Shown: positions 1 to 12,621 of the stretch, in pieces
Numbering within the stretch: the first letter of the stretch is position 1
How the letters are laid out: the number at the start of each line of letters is the position of its first letter
Assembly (NCBI GenBank): GCA_012295275.1
Contig: CM022671.1
Coordinates: forward strand, 2,914,001-2,978,000
Length of the DNA stretch: 64,000 nt
Direction: 5' to 3'
From: Chrysomallon squamiferum
Taxonomy: Eukaryota > Animalia > Mollusca
Notes under the pieces: generated by a model
Told to the model about the DNA's origin: nothing
Databases searched by the model: none
What the model saw: the letters and a program-made list of their open reading frames with translations, nothing else
Made by a program: the position numbers and the translations under genes

Positions 1-216
1 GGCCAAAAAGTCCACTCTTTACAGATGACAACTCTACTTGTAAGACAATATCTGGTCTTACAAAGGACACTGCATATGAGTTCAAAGTTCGAGCACACTT
101 TGAAGAAGAGGCAGGTGTCTCCAGTGAGAAGAGTGAATGTATCATGACAAAATCGTCAGGAACCACAGAATCAGAAGATACATTTGGAAAGCCAATGGCA
201 AAGGAAACTGGAGAAG
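1..216 (+). pseudogene. 3' end of the FN3-array exon of an upstream paralog of the FN3-GTPase gene (5' part outside the window; no downstream GTPase exons follow)
   Basis: Frame 3 reads PKSPLFTDDNSTCKTISGLTKDTAYEFKVRAHFEEEAGVSSEKSECIMTKSSGTTESEDTFGKPMAKETGE, homologous to 26990-27205. It ends at AG|GTAAGT (216/217) with an in-frame TAA just after. Intron homology to 27206-27975 continues to about 1076 and then stops. Confidence 0.75.
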
Positions 217-1312
217 GTAAGTAAATATAGTGTTCCCATCACATCTATAGATGATAGATATCAAAATGAAAACCATGAGTTTGACTACGTTAACAAAGCA
301 TCTACAACACAGAGTGTGTCCATAAAGGAAGAACAAGGTAATTTAAGCCAGTTATTAAATAAATCTTTGAATGATAGCATGATATACTTGTAGAGAGAGA
401 ATTGCTCTGAGGAATATTTGTAGTTCTCATAGTGGACCCATTAAGCTATTTACAAACAAAAACATTCTCTCGCAGTTTGTCAGATAAATGCCATCATATA
501 CAAAGAATAGAAAACTGCCCTTTCAGATTTTGGTGATTTCATTTTTCTTCTTCTTCTCCATCTTTTTTTATTATATTATTATTATTTATTTTTTGTGTCG
601 TTTTGTTTTGTTTTTTAAAATCTGTGCCAAATTTGTTATCAAAATCATGTTTGAAATCTAGAATGCTAAGTAATAATGCCTCCCTACGGATTAAGCTCTC
701 TCAATTTTGATGATACAGCTTCATGTTATGCTGCATGTGACAAACATACAAATCTGCTGTAATTATTTTGTCATTAGTGTTTATAGTTGCTGAAAACCAT
801 CCTCTTTATATACATACGTACAAACACACACACACACATGGACAAACATACATACATATAGACATAGAAATAAAAACTACCTTGTTCCTATTTGAAGAAT
901 TATCTTTTATTAGTTGTATTGCTGTTAATTTAGTAATATGTTTTAAAATAAAACTTCCATTTATATTGTTAAAAAAAGACTTTAATTATTATTATTATTG
1001 TTATTTTTTTTTCTTACATATCTATTTTATATAATTGACAGTACAATGGATTTCCATATAACCACATAAATTTATTAGACACAGTAACACACGCAGTTTC
1101 CAGTTTTACAAGTGCCCTCTTTATATTCAGGATAAGATTTACAGTCTGTTATTGTACAAACATATAAATCATAATTTTATTTTATCTTATTTCATATATT
1201 TGTTAAATATATTATAGATGTTGATATCGGGATAACTTTCAGATTTTTCTACTGAAGAAGTAAAATAAAACTATTCGTCGTATTGAACAACTCGTCTCAG
1301 TAACGAACATTC

Positions 1313-1565
1313 CTGTGCACTGCAGTGGTCGTAATTCCCCGAGAATAAAGAAATGTATTTTTCTTTATATACTGAACAGAGGTAAAACGCACGTCTGTGC
1401 AGTGATCGTAATTCCCGAGAACAAAAAATTTCTAACATGAGAACTACACCTTTGTTTACATACTGAATAGAGGTAAAATACATTTCTGTGCAGTGGTCGT
1501 AATTCCCCAAGAATAAAGATTTGTAACTAAAGAAATATGGCTTTCTTTATATACTGAACAGATAA
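1313..1565 (+). repeat. Short tandem repeat, about 85-90 bp unit (ctgtgcagtggtcgtaattcccc core), 3 copies
   Basis: The core recurs at about 1320, 1395 and 1486. Homologous two-copy versions lie at about 10140-10320, 55125-55300 and 62785-62960. Confidence 0.75.
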
Positions 1566-1816
1566 AATATGTTTCTGGAGAATGCTAACGTGATCACGTA
1601 TCGTAATTTGAAACTTGACGTATTACGTGTTAGATCATGCGAGTTTTCATGACTAATGAAATAAATAAAAAACGAAATTATTTCATGTTTTATGAGCTCA
1701 AGATTATTAAACTGGTTCTCTTAGTCGTCTACAATTTGTTTGGGGGATTTTTTATATATATATATATATTTTTTTTTTAATAAATTCAATTGGACCATAA
1801 TCATTATTATTGAAAG

Positions 1817-1849
<33 letters not shown>

Positions 1850-2533
1850 TTTAATTTTTTATTTATTTATTTACTAGAGGTAATAGTTGTTGCTGTTGTT
1901 GGTGTTGGAATATTGAAATTAGTATTACATAAATGCAGTTTTTCCGTATCAGAAAAAAAGAAAAATATCTTAAATTGCCATCTCGAAAACATCGTTTGGT
2001 TATTTACTTACTTACTACTAATTAAATATTTTATCTTAAAAATTCAACATTCGGAATAAACGATTTGTTATAAGTTATGAAAACAATACATATATGTAAT
2101 GAATAATCCGTTTTTCAATTATAGGCCTACATGTTAATTCCACTGATGAAAAACAAGTTCCGAAAACTACGAATTTATAATATATATATATATATATAAT
2201 AAAAACGACAAAAACAGCGAGGATCATTTTATGATTTATTAGTAACTTTAACAAAGTTATAAATTAAAAATTAATATATAATTTGATTCTTGCCTGTAGT
2301 GACAAATTGTCAAATTTATTACACTACATTCAAAACTAGGCAAGGTCCATCACAATATTAACATACACAGATCAAATACACAATAATAAAATTTATAATA
2401 TAAATGTGGATCAAAATGACAATTTCCCAATAATTCCTGTCCTATTTTGTTTCAAGATAATTCACACTTTTCTCTCTTTTCAAGAAATCAATATTTGCTA
2501 GAGAGCAGTAAAATAACCCCAAATTCTTACAGG

Positions 2534-2572
<39 letters not shown>

Positions 2573-2867
2573 GTGGTATATTCAGAAATGTTTATAATTT
2601 ATAAAGACAAAAGATGATGATTAATAGATTAGGCTTTATTAAGACTGGTAATAAGCATGGACATTTCGAGACTTTTTCTTTTTTTTTGTAAAGTATGTTT
2701 TTTGTAAAATAAATTTATAAATCTTAAATTTGTTTCTTTCATGTACTTAGATGAAAATAGTTAAAAAACGAATTCATATTGTTGTTATTGTTGTTTTAAA
2801 TCATTTAATACAAATTTGTCCGATCCAAGGATTTATATTAATTGTGTTTACAAAATGAAACTACAAC

Positions 2868-2969
<102 letters not shown>

Positions 2970-3238
2970 ACTGCCGTTTCGCATGAATTTCAAATTTGTC
3001 ACTGCTACAAGAAGAAAATACGTATAGACTTAGATAAATATAAAAAAACTAAATGATGTAGGTAATTTACGAAAACATAACGGTAATAAACACCAGACAA
3101 AGGACAAGCATTGTAAAGATTTGTATAAATTCATTCTTTTTATAAACGTTCATCTCTATGATGTATGACTGTGACACAGTGTCACAAAACGAACGAGTGC
3201 CTTAAAATACACATGTAATAACGTGGCGACATTAAAAC

Positions 3239-3298
<60 letters not shown>

Positions 3299-3759
3299 AA
3301 TAAATAAATAAATAAAGAATAAAAAATAAAAACCACCCACTAATCAAAAAAAAAAAAAAAAAAATAAAATAAAAATGGAATTTTTTAGCATGTGATTATG
3401 AACGTGCATAACATTTACATATATATATGATCACATGCTGTAAATTTCCACTGCTATTTGAATACAGCGAACAAATAATTTCAGGTTCAAAACAGTAGAT
3501 ACTTTTCTCGTTATCTCAGTTACGACAAAACACCTGACCTAAATGTGTGAATTCGCTATTCGCTTTTGTTGTGTCAAACCGGGCTTAGCAACGATCAAGT
3601 AAGCAACGAAACATTAGGTGAGTAGATCTATGTGAGGTTGAAGGTTATTTTTTATTGTTGTTGTTGTTGTTGCTCCTGTTTTTATATTGTTAATGTTATT
3701 TTTAGACGTTGCTGTTGGCGGTGATAATGAAAATTTAACTTATGTTATAATTTTCATTA

Positions 3760-3798
<39 letters not shown>

Positions 3799-3936
3799 GC
3801 TCGGTGTTTAAAACGGACCCTTAGTTTAACAAGTGAGAAATATAGTCATCTAACATCATTAACTGTATTGGCTATTTATAATTTTATGTGACATATGGCT
3901 GTAATTTACTGAACATATAAATGCAGTTAAATAATG

Positions 3937-4056
<120 letters not shown>

Positions 4057-4292
4057 GTTTATTACTGGTACATGACTTGGATAAGTATAAAATTAGATGA
4101 TGTAGATAATTTACGAAAACATAATGGTAATAAACACCAGACAAAGGATAAGCATTGTAAAGATTTGTATAAATTCATTCTGGTTATAAACGTTCATCTC
4201 TATGATATATGACTGTGACACAGTGTCACAAAACGAACGAGTGCCTTAGTACACATGCAATAAAGTGATAAACCTTACAAAAAAATTAATAA

Positions 4293-4337
<45 letters not shown>

Positions 4338-6706
4338 TTCAATAAATCAATAAATCAATAAAAAAATAAAAAAAAATTAAAAAAATAAAACCATCCACAA
4401 AAATTTAGTTTTTAGCATGTGATTATGAACAGGCATAAAATTTACATACATATATGATCACATGCTGTAAATTTCCACTGCTAGTAGAATACAGCGAACA
4501 AATACTATCCGGTTGAAAACAGTATATAAATTTGTCGCTATATATGGTTCGTTTACTTATAACAAAACACCCGACCTAAATGTGTGAATTCGCTATTCGG
4601 TTTTGTGATGTCAAACCGGGCTTAGAAACGATCAAGTAAGCAACGAAACTTAAGGTGAGTAGATCTATGTGAGTTTGAAGGTTATTTTTATTGTTGTTGT
4701 TGTTGCTGCTACAGTTTTTATATTGTTAATGTTATTTTAGACGTTGCTGTTGGTGGTGAAAATGAAAATTTAACTGATGTTATAATTTTCATTATTATTA
4801 TTATCATTATTATTATTATTATTATTATTATTGTTGTTGTTGTTGTTGTTGTTGTTATTGTTATTGTTATTATTATTAACTGCTCGGTGTTTAAAACGGA
4901 ACCTTAGTTTAATAAGTGAGAAATTTAGTCAGCTAACGTCATTAACTGTATTGGCTATTTTTAATTTTATGTGATATATGGCTGTCTAATTTTTTGAACA
5001 TATAAATGCAGTTAAGTAATGAAAATATTGTATTACTTTTAAGATAGAAGCTTAAGTAATCTAGAAATCTGAAAATGTTATGAAGCACACAATTGATTAC
5101 ATCGCGGGTTTGAATGTTTGAATACTAAATTCTGTTATACATAACATAGCAAACAATGCCATATATTATATTATATAATAATAGTACTACTACTACTACT
5201 ACTATTACTACTACTACTACTAATAATAATAATAATAATAATTTAAAAAATAAACCATTTTTCGTTTCTAATTTCTGCAAGGAAAAATATTTTATCCATT
5301 AAGACAGTGATCGACTTCACTGACTTAAATTTGTTTTATATTACTTTTTATCACGATAGCAATGATTTTATTCTTATAAATTGGACTATCACTGCGTACA
5401 GAAGTATTATAAAATACATGCAAATTTAAGCATACGTTAATACTCTCCAACATAATAGTAATACGTCTATTGGAATTACTGAATATTTAATGCTATAAAC
5501 ACTTCGTCCCGTTCCTTTGATAGAGGATAGTATACTTAAATAGAGCATTCATGGACGTAACTAGACTCTTTTTGAAATGAGGCAACAATATTTAATCGCC
5601 GAGCGGAGCAGGGCAGAAAAATTTGGGCGAAGGGTCTGAAGGCCGTAGTCACAAATGAATTCATTCAGTGGATATCATTTCTATCAGAACAGATATTTAT
5701 ATACTTTTTTATTATTAAATAAAATCTTTACAAAATGATTTCCTAACAAATTATTTTTCATTTTTTCAGTTCGATACAAAATATATTCAAATTTACGTAA
5801 CCATTTTACACTTGAAAATTATATGAACATTTATGAGGTCAAACTGTAATCTTTGATCGATTAAATTATACTGTCTTGGAGTATATAAACAGAGAAGATC
5901 ACCTACAGTTTTTCGATAAGATCTGTTAGATGAACGTTGTTTACCTTCTCTCTTATGATTAATAAATATAAATTAGTTAACTATTTAATAATCTTCAAAT
6001 AAAACTTTACTAAAATATCGTAATCAAATAGCCAATTTATTTATTTATTTTCTGTTAAATAAATAATTATTTATTTACCGTTTATTTTTGTATTAATTCT
6101 TTTTCACTACCCTGCTGCCTTTTATAATACATTATACACTGACTAAGAAATGTTTGTCTTCTGGTTCTGAAGTTAATGCCAAATTGATATTTAAAGCTTG
6201 TATAATTATTATTTATTAGATTATATCGGATCTGAGAACATGATCTCCTTTTCAAACTGACAACAGAAGTGTGAGAAAAAGTTAGTCCGTGCGTTGCTTG
6301 AACGTTGGTATTTCTACATATCCATTTGTGTTCTACTCTCGAGCACTGATACATAGATAAATTTATTGTATGGTTATTATTTGCTCCTAAGGAACTCGTT
6401 TGGATGCGACTGGAAAGTAATAGATAAATCGTAATTTACGTCAGTATTTGTCATTTATAAAACCTTCTTATAGAATTACAAAGTATAATCTGACAAGCGT
6501 AACATAAACGTTAATGATGTTTTAAGTATGCAAGTTTTTTTTATTTTATTTTATATTATATTGTGTTGTAATAAATAAATTAATTAATAGATCTGTCTGG
6601 CCTCAAAGAAAACTAAATGATGTATACAATATTCAGCAACCCAGAATCTATACAGCCGTAGAGTCCTGTATGTTTTAGGTTATAAATCTGTTGTTGTTTT
6701 TTTGTT

Positions 6707-6737
<31 letters not shown>

Positions 6738-7771
6738 TTTTATTTATTTTATTTATTTTTATTATTTTATTATATTTTTGTCCTGTCAATTATGTAATAT
6801 GGGTGCAGTTTATTATGACCGCTGAAAAAAAATATACAAGAATAATTACAGAAAAAGAACAAGATACTATTAACTCTTACAAACCTACCCCAAAAGCCCT
6901 CTTTTTATTTATTGTCTTTAATTCCCGTCATTTTTCTATTTTCTTTTATTTCATTTATTCCTTATTATTTACTTATTTATATATATATTTTTTGTGACCT
7001 TTCTAAATGTTAAAACAATGAATTTATTCATAATAATTCTCAACATCATCATCATCATTATTTTTATTATCTAGTACATAAATTATTGATGCTAATCACT
7101 AGAAAAAAGCAGATTTGTATTTTTTATTTAATTATTTTTTATATATCAATTTAAACTTAAGCATCTTTACGTCATTTTTCTATCTGAATCATCAAGAGCT
7201 GTTTACGCAGCTTCGATGAAATAGGTTAAATGATGTTCTTCTGCCATTTTGTGGTTTAGTCATTTTGTAACAAATGAATTAACTAAAGCTGCTATTAGGC
7301 ACAATAATATAAACAGTTTCCAGTTTTACAAGTGTCCTCTATATAGAGAGAACATGATTTACAATCTGTCATTCTTATGTAAACGTATAAATCATTAATT
7401 TGATTTATTTCATTTGATTTCATTTATTTTTTAGTTATATTATAACTGTTGATGTCATGATATCAGATTTTTGCTGTTGATGGTTATCATGACTCAGGTC
7501 AATGCCTGTCAAACGTAAATGATTTTGCTGATGTAGAAGTAATAGTTGTAGATGACAGTAATAAAATGTGCCAACAACAGACAGGATGTGACAAATTTTC
7601 AAATTTATTGCATTCAAAACTAGTAAAGATCAAATCCATCACTATATTAACTTTCATAGATACAGTAATTCCCTCCAATAATTCCTGAATTCGTGAGTTT
7701 CAAGATAAGCTCACACTTTTCTCTCATTCCAATAAATTAGTATTTCCTAGAGAGCTGTGAAATAACCCCCA

Positions 7772-7885
<114 letters not shown>

Positions 7886-9433
7886 CATTAACAGTAAATA
7901 ATATTAAGCCCTCCATGAACATGAAAAGACGAAACAAAACAACAATAAATAAATAAATAAATAATCAAACAACAACAAGAAGGGAGCGTGCCTATCACAA
8001 CACCTGTCTATGCTTAGCACGTTAAATTTTCAGTTCAATTCAGTTCCTCAAACAGGAACTGGATGGGAAAACTCGTCTCCAAAGTAACATCAGATTAAAT
8101 TTTAACCAAGAGAGTTAGGGATGTATTTATATTTTTATTTCTATCTAACGGAACTTTTAAAAAATAACCACCTCGATTTTAAGTTATTTCGTGAATGATT
8201 ATGGCTTTTAGTATTTATTAACTAACTTTCGGTGATATTTATCAAACTATTAAAGTTCCACATATTGGCATTTTTTGTGACATATTTCTCCATTGGTTCG
8301 CTTTTGAATTTTTTCTTTTCATTTCTGGAGGTATTTTTAATATACCTTCTCAAAATCATCCAAACAAAATAAAATGTATAACAGGTGTGTAGCTTTGTGC
8401 AAAAATTCCTCTATACCTCGACTGCAACCAGTTGTCTAACTTCAGTGAAAATCATCTGGCAGTTTAGTCTGTAAACAAAGAATTATTGCTAGGTGATGTG
8501 ATCAAATACCGCTTTTTGATTAGACGTTTATTTTTATTCTTCTTTTCTGGAATAAATGTTTATAATTATATAAATCAGTTAGTTACAACTTTAGGTAACA
8601 TAGATATCCTGAAAATTAAAATAGTATTTCTGTTTCTTCACTTCAACCTGACATTCGTACAACATAATTATAATATTTTCAACGCTGGATTATAAAACAA
8701 CAACTATATCTACTAATATTACAATTAGAGGTACTATTACGACATATTTCGCTAGCGATTAACGTAACTTGAACAGTTAGCTACTAGAACTAAAACTACT
8801 ACTACTACTACCGCTCCTGCTGCTTCTGATAGTGATGTTATCTCTACTTCTTTTACATTTATTATTACCATCAGATTGATGATCTAGACATCTGAAAATG
8901 TTACAACAGATATCATCATGGCGGTATCTTACATTTAAGTATTGCTTAACGATATAATAAGTTTTCATTTTACTTCTTGTAGGCCATTATTTGGCGTCTC
9001 TAGAAACTCAGTTTTTGTCAGTATTAAAATAAAATCTGTTTGGAACATATCTTAGATAACTATATAATAGTTAAAAATTCTTACTGTCCAATATTTATTT
9101 GTGAACTCCTTCAATAATTAATTTCATTGCTGATATAAATATGTATGTGCCCTTTACGACAATAACATCCTTGTAGAGAATCCTTTAAGTACGTAAGCAA
9201 TATTTCCAAAAATTCATTTATCTATCCTCCAGTTTATCTTCAGCATAATAAACGATAATAACAGCAGACAAAGGACAAGCGTTGTGAAGATTTGAAAACA
9301 TTATCTTGGTTATAAACGTTCATCTCTATGATATATGATTATGACACAATGTTAAAAAACGAACGAGTGTCTTAGTACACATGAAATAAACTGATCATCC
9401 TTAAAAAAAAAATTAATAATAATAAATAAATTA

Positions 9434-9496
<63 letters not shown>

Positions 9497-9564
9497 AATA
9501 AATAAATAAACAGAAACCATCTAGAAAAAAAAAATAATGGAATTTTTTAGCATGTTATTATGAT

Positions 9565-9850
9565 CACATATATGAATGAACACTACAGGAAATTATTTAG
9601 AAACGGCTGTAACATCATAAGTAACATTCCTAAACAGTTTCAAACAGACGTCTGGTGTGCACTGGAGTCAACCCTCAGTGAGTGGGAAGGTTGGAACAAC
9701 ACGTTTTTTCACTTGTCACGGTGACTAGTCGGACTGGTATTAATACCTTAAAGTTGGCTCGTCCCGTCTAAGGGTTAACAGACTATAAAAGCGTCACGTG
9801 ACAAAGTGTTAATGATCTGAGACAAAGTGTTAATGATCTGTTTAAACTAC
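9565..9850 (+). mobile_element. Mutator-like (MULE) transposase remnant, partial copy
   Basis: Encodes YMNEHYRKLFRNG...VWCALESTLSEWEGWNNTFF, matching the copies at 19.5-20.0, 54.3-54.8 and 62.0-62.4 kb. Confidence 0.6.
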
Positions 9851-10923
9851 TAAAAGACTGGTTTGTATCCACTAGAGAATATTAACGCAAACAAGAATTG
9901 AATACGGGTAATTGTTTTATGTATCACATAAATTAACCATCAATGGCAAAAAATATAATTTAACCGTAAAATTCTCACGATATAATGCAAACATATAAAT
10001 CATTATTTTATTTTTAGTTATTTTATTTGTTAAATACATTATAAATGCTGATATCAGGATAACTGTCAGATTTGTCTATTGAAGAAACAAAATAAGAAAA
10101 CTGTTCATCATATTTAACAACTCGTCTCAGAAACGGACATTTCTGTGGTCGTAATTCCCCGAGAAGAAAAATTCTAACTAAAGAAATACACCTTTGTTTA
10201 CATACTGAATGGAGTTAAAATACATTTCTGTGCAGTGGTCGTTATTCCCCGAGAAGAAAGATTTCTATCTAAAGAAATACACCTTTGTTTATATACTGAA
10301 TAGAGTTAACATAGATTTCTTGAGAATGCGAACGTGATCACATATGGTAATATGATAGGTCACGACTAATTAAATAAATAAAAAAGGAAGATATTTTGTA
10401 TCTTACGAGTTCAAACAAGATTATTAAACTGGTTCCCTTAGTCGTGTTAAAACTGTCGTCTACTTTTTTATTTTATTTTATTTTATTTTATATTGCAAAT
10501 ACACTATAATAATTATTATTAAAGGAAAAAAAAATATTTTATTTTTGTTTATTTATTTAGTAGTGGTAATAGCTGTCGTGGTTGTTGATGTTGTCGTTGT
10601 ACTATCTTAATGTGATCTTTTATTGAAACAGCCATTCATCATGATGCATTAAACAGAAATTTAATATATTTAGCACCATATACGTTTTTCTAACAATTCA
10701 TGTGTATTGTGCATAAATGATTTATTAGAAACCTTCATGTAACCATTATCTTTAGAAAGATGATTAACAAGGAAGACTGAAGTTTCTATTAGGCTTAAAA
10801 TTACATAAATCCAGTTTTTCTTCATCATAAATAAAAAAATATTTCAGTAATCCGTCTTTCAGTAATAGGCCTACAGGTTAATTCCACTGATGAAAATTAA
10901 ATTCCGAAAAATACGTATTTAAG

Positions 10924-10976
<53 letters not shown>

Positions 10977-11818
10977 CAACTAAAAAAACAGTGAGTACGA
11001 TTATATAATTTATTAGTAACTTTAACAAAGCAATAAAAATAAAAAATAAATAAATAAATGAAAAAATAAAACACTTATTCCATCATGGAAATTTGATATA
11101 AGTTAAAAATAGATTAATAACAAAACTATGAAAGAAAACTTACCCATGCAAAAAAAACCTACAAAGTTAAAAGTCGCTGTATTTCTGTGTCAACTTACCA
11201 CAGGTGATAATATTTCTACGCAGATTAAAGTAGTTTTTATTAACTATTACTCGGTAAAACAAAAAATGTACTAATGTTATTTCAAGTTGACTGATAATAT
11301 AGATCAAACGGCTAAAAAGGCAGAAGGAAAATTGTATATAGTAATAGTATGATATAGACTTTTGATGTAAGCACTTTTGGCCAGGAAGAACGCCTTCGAT
11401 CTCTACCCCCATACAAAATTAAAACAACCAAAGTTGGATAACAGATTTAAAGTTTGGTTTTATAATAGTTACATTTGGTATTTATTATCACGTTTATTTT
11501 TTTAAATTCCACATTATTTTGTACTATTTTATACGTAACTTAAGGAAATCCTTCATTGTGTGATAGGACATTTCGTCGATAGAAATTTGTTTTGTAAAGT
11601 GTACGTTCTTGAATACATTTATAAGCCAAAATGTTACCGCCAATAATATTTTCTTGCTTACAGAATTATGTTGTTGTTTTTTTTTGTGTGTGTTTCATGT
11701 GATTAGCTGTATATAGTTAAAAAACGACATGATGAATTTTATTATTGGTTTTAAATCACATAATGTAAATTTGTGCAATCCAACATTTATATTGACTTTA
11801 CAAAATGAATATAAAACT

Positions 11819-11899
<81 letters not shown>

Positions 11900-12588
11900 G
11901 TTGTTTCTTATGAATTTTAAATTTGACACTGGTACATGATAAAAATACGTATACAGTTAGATAAGTATAAAAATAGATGATGCAGATAATTTACGAACAC
12001 ATAATGATAATAATAGCACAATATCACAAAACGAACGAGTGCCTTACTACACATGCAATAAAGTGATTAACCTTAAAAAAAAATAATAAATTAAATAATA
12101 ATAATAATAATAATAACAACAACAATAAGTAAATAAATAAATAGAAACCACCTACTAATCAAAGGAAAAAAGTAATGGAATTTTTTTGCATATTATTATG
12201 ATCACATGCTGTAAATTTCCACTGCTGTTTGAATATAGCGATACAATCATTTTCGAGGAAAAGAAATACTATCCGGTTAAGAACAGTATATAAATTTGTC
12301 GTCTGTGGTTTGCTCAGTTAGAACAAAACACCCGACCTAAATGTGTGAATTCGCTGTTCAGTTTTGAGATGTCAAACCGGGCTTAGCAACGATCAAGTAA
12401 GCAATTAAACATTAGGTAAGTAGATCTGTGTGAGTTTGAAGGTTATTTTTATTGCTATGTTGTTGCTGCTGTTTTTATATTTTAGTGTTATTTCAGACGT
12501 TGCTGTTGGTGGTGATAACGAAAATATTACTGATATTATTATCATTTTGATTGTTATTATTATTGTTATTGTTGTTATTATTATTATT

Positions 12589-12621
<33 letters not shown>

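Noticed and set aside
1313-1565. CRISPR-like regular repeats
   Set aside because: The spacers are homologous to each other, the context is eukaryotic and there are no cas genes.
2135-2175. CTGATGA...CGAAA hammerhead-like core (also about 10887)
   Set aside because: No convincing stem II closing pair or stems I and III.
6082-6354. Minus-strand ORF similar to 22266-22484
   Set aside because: Both lie in duplicated module C, with different starts and stops and no recognisable domain.
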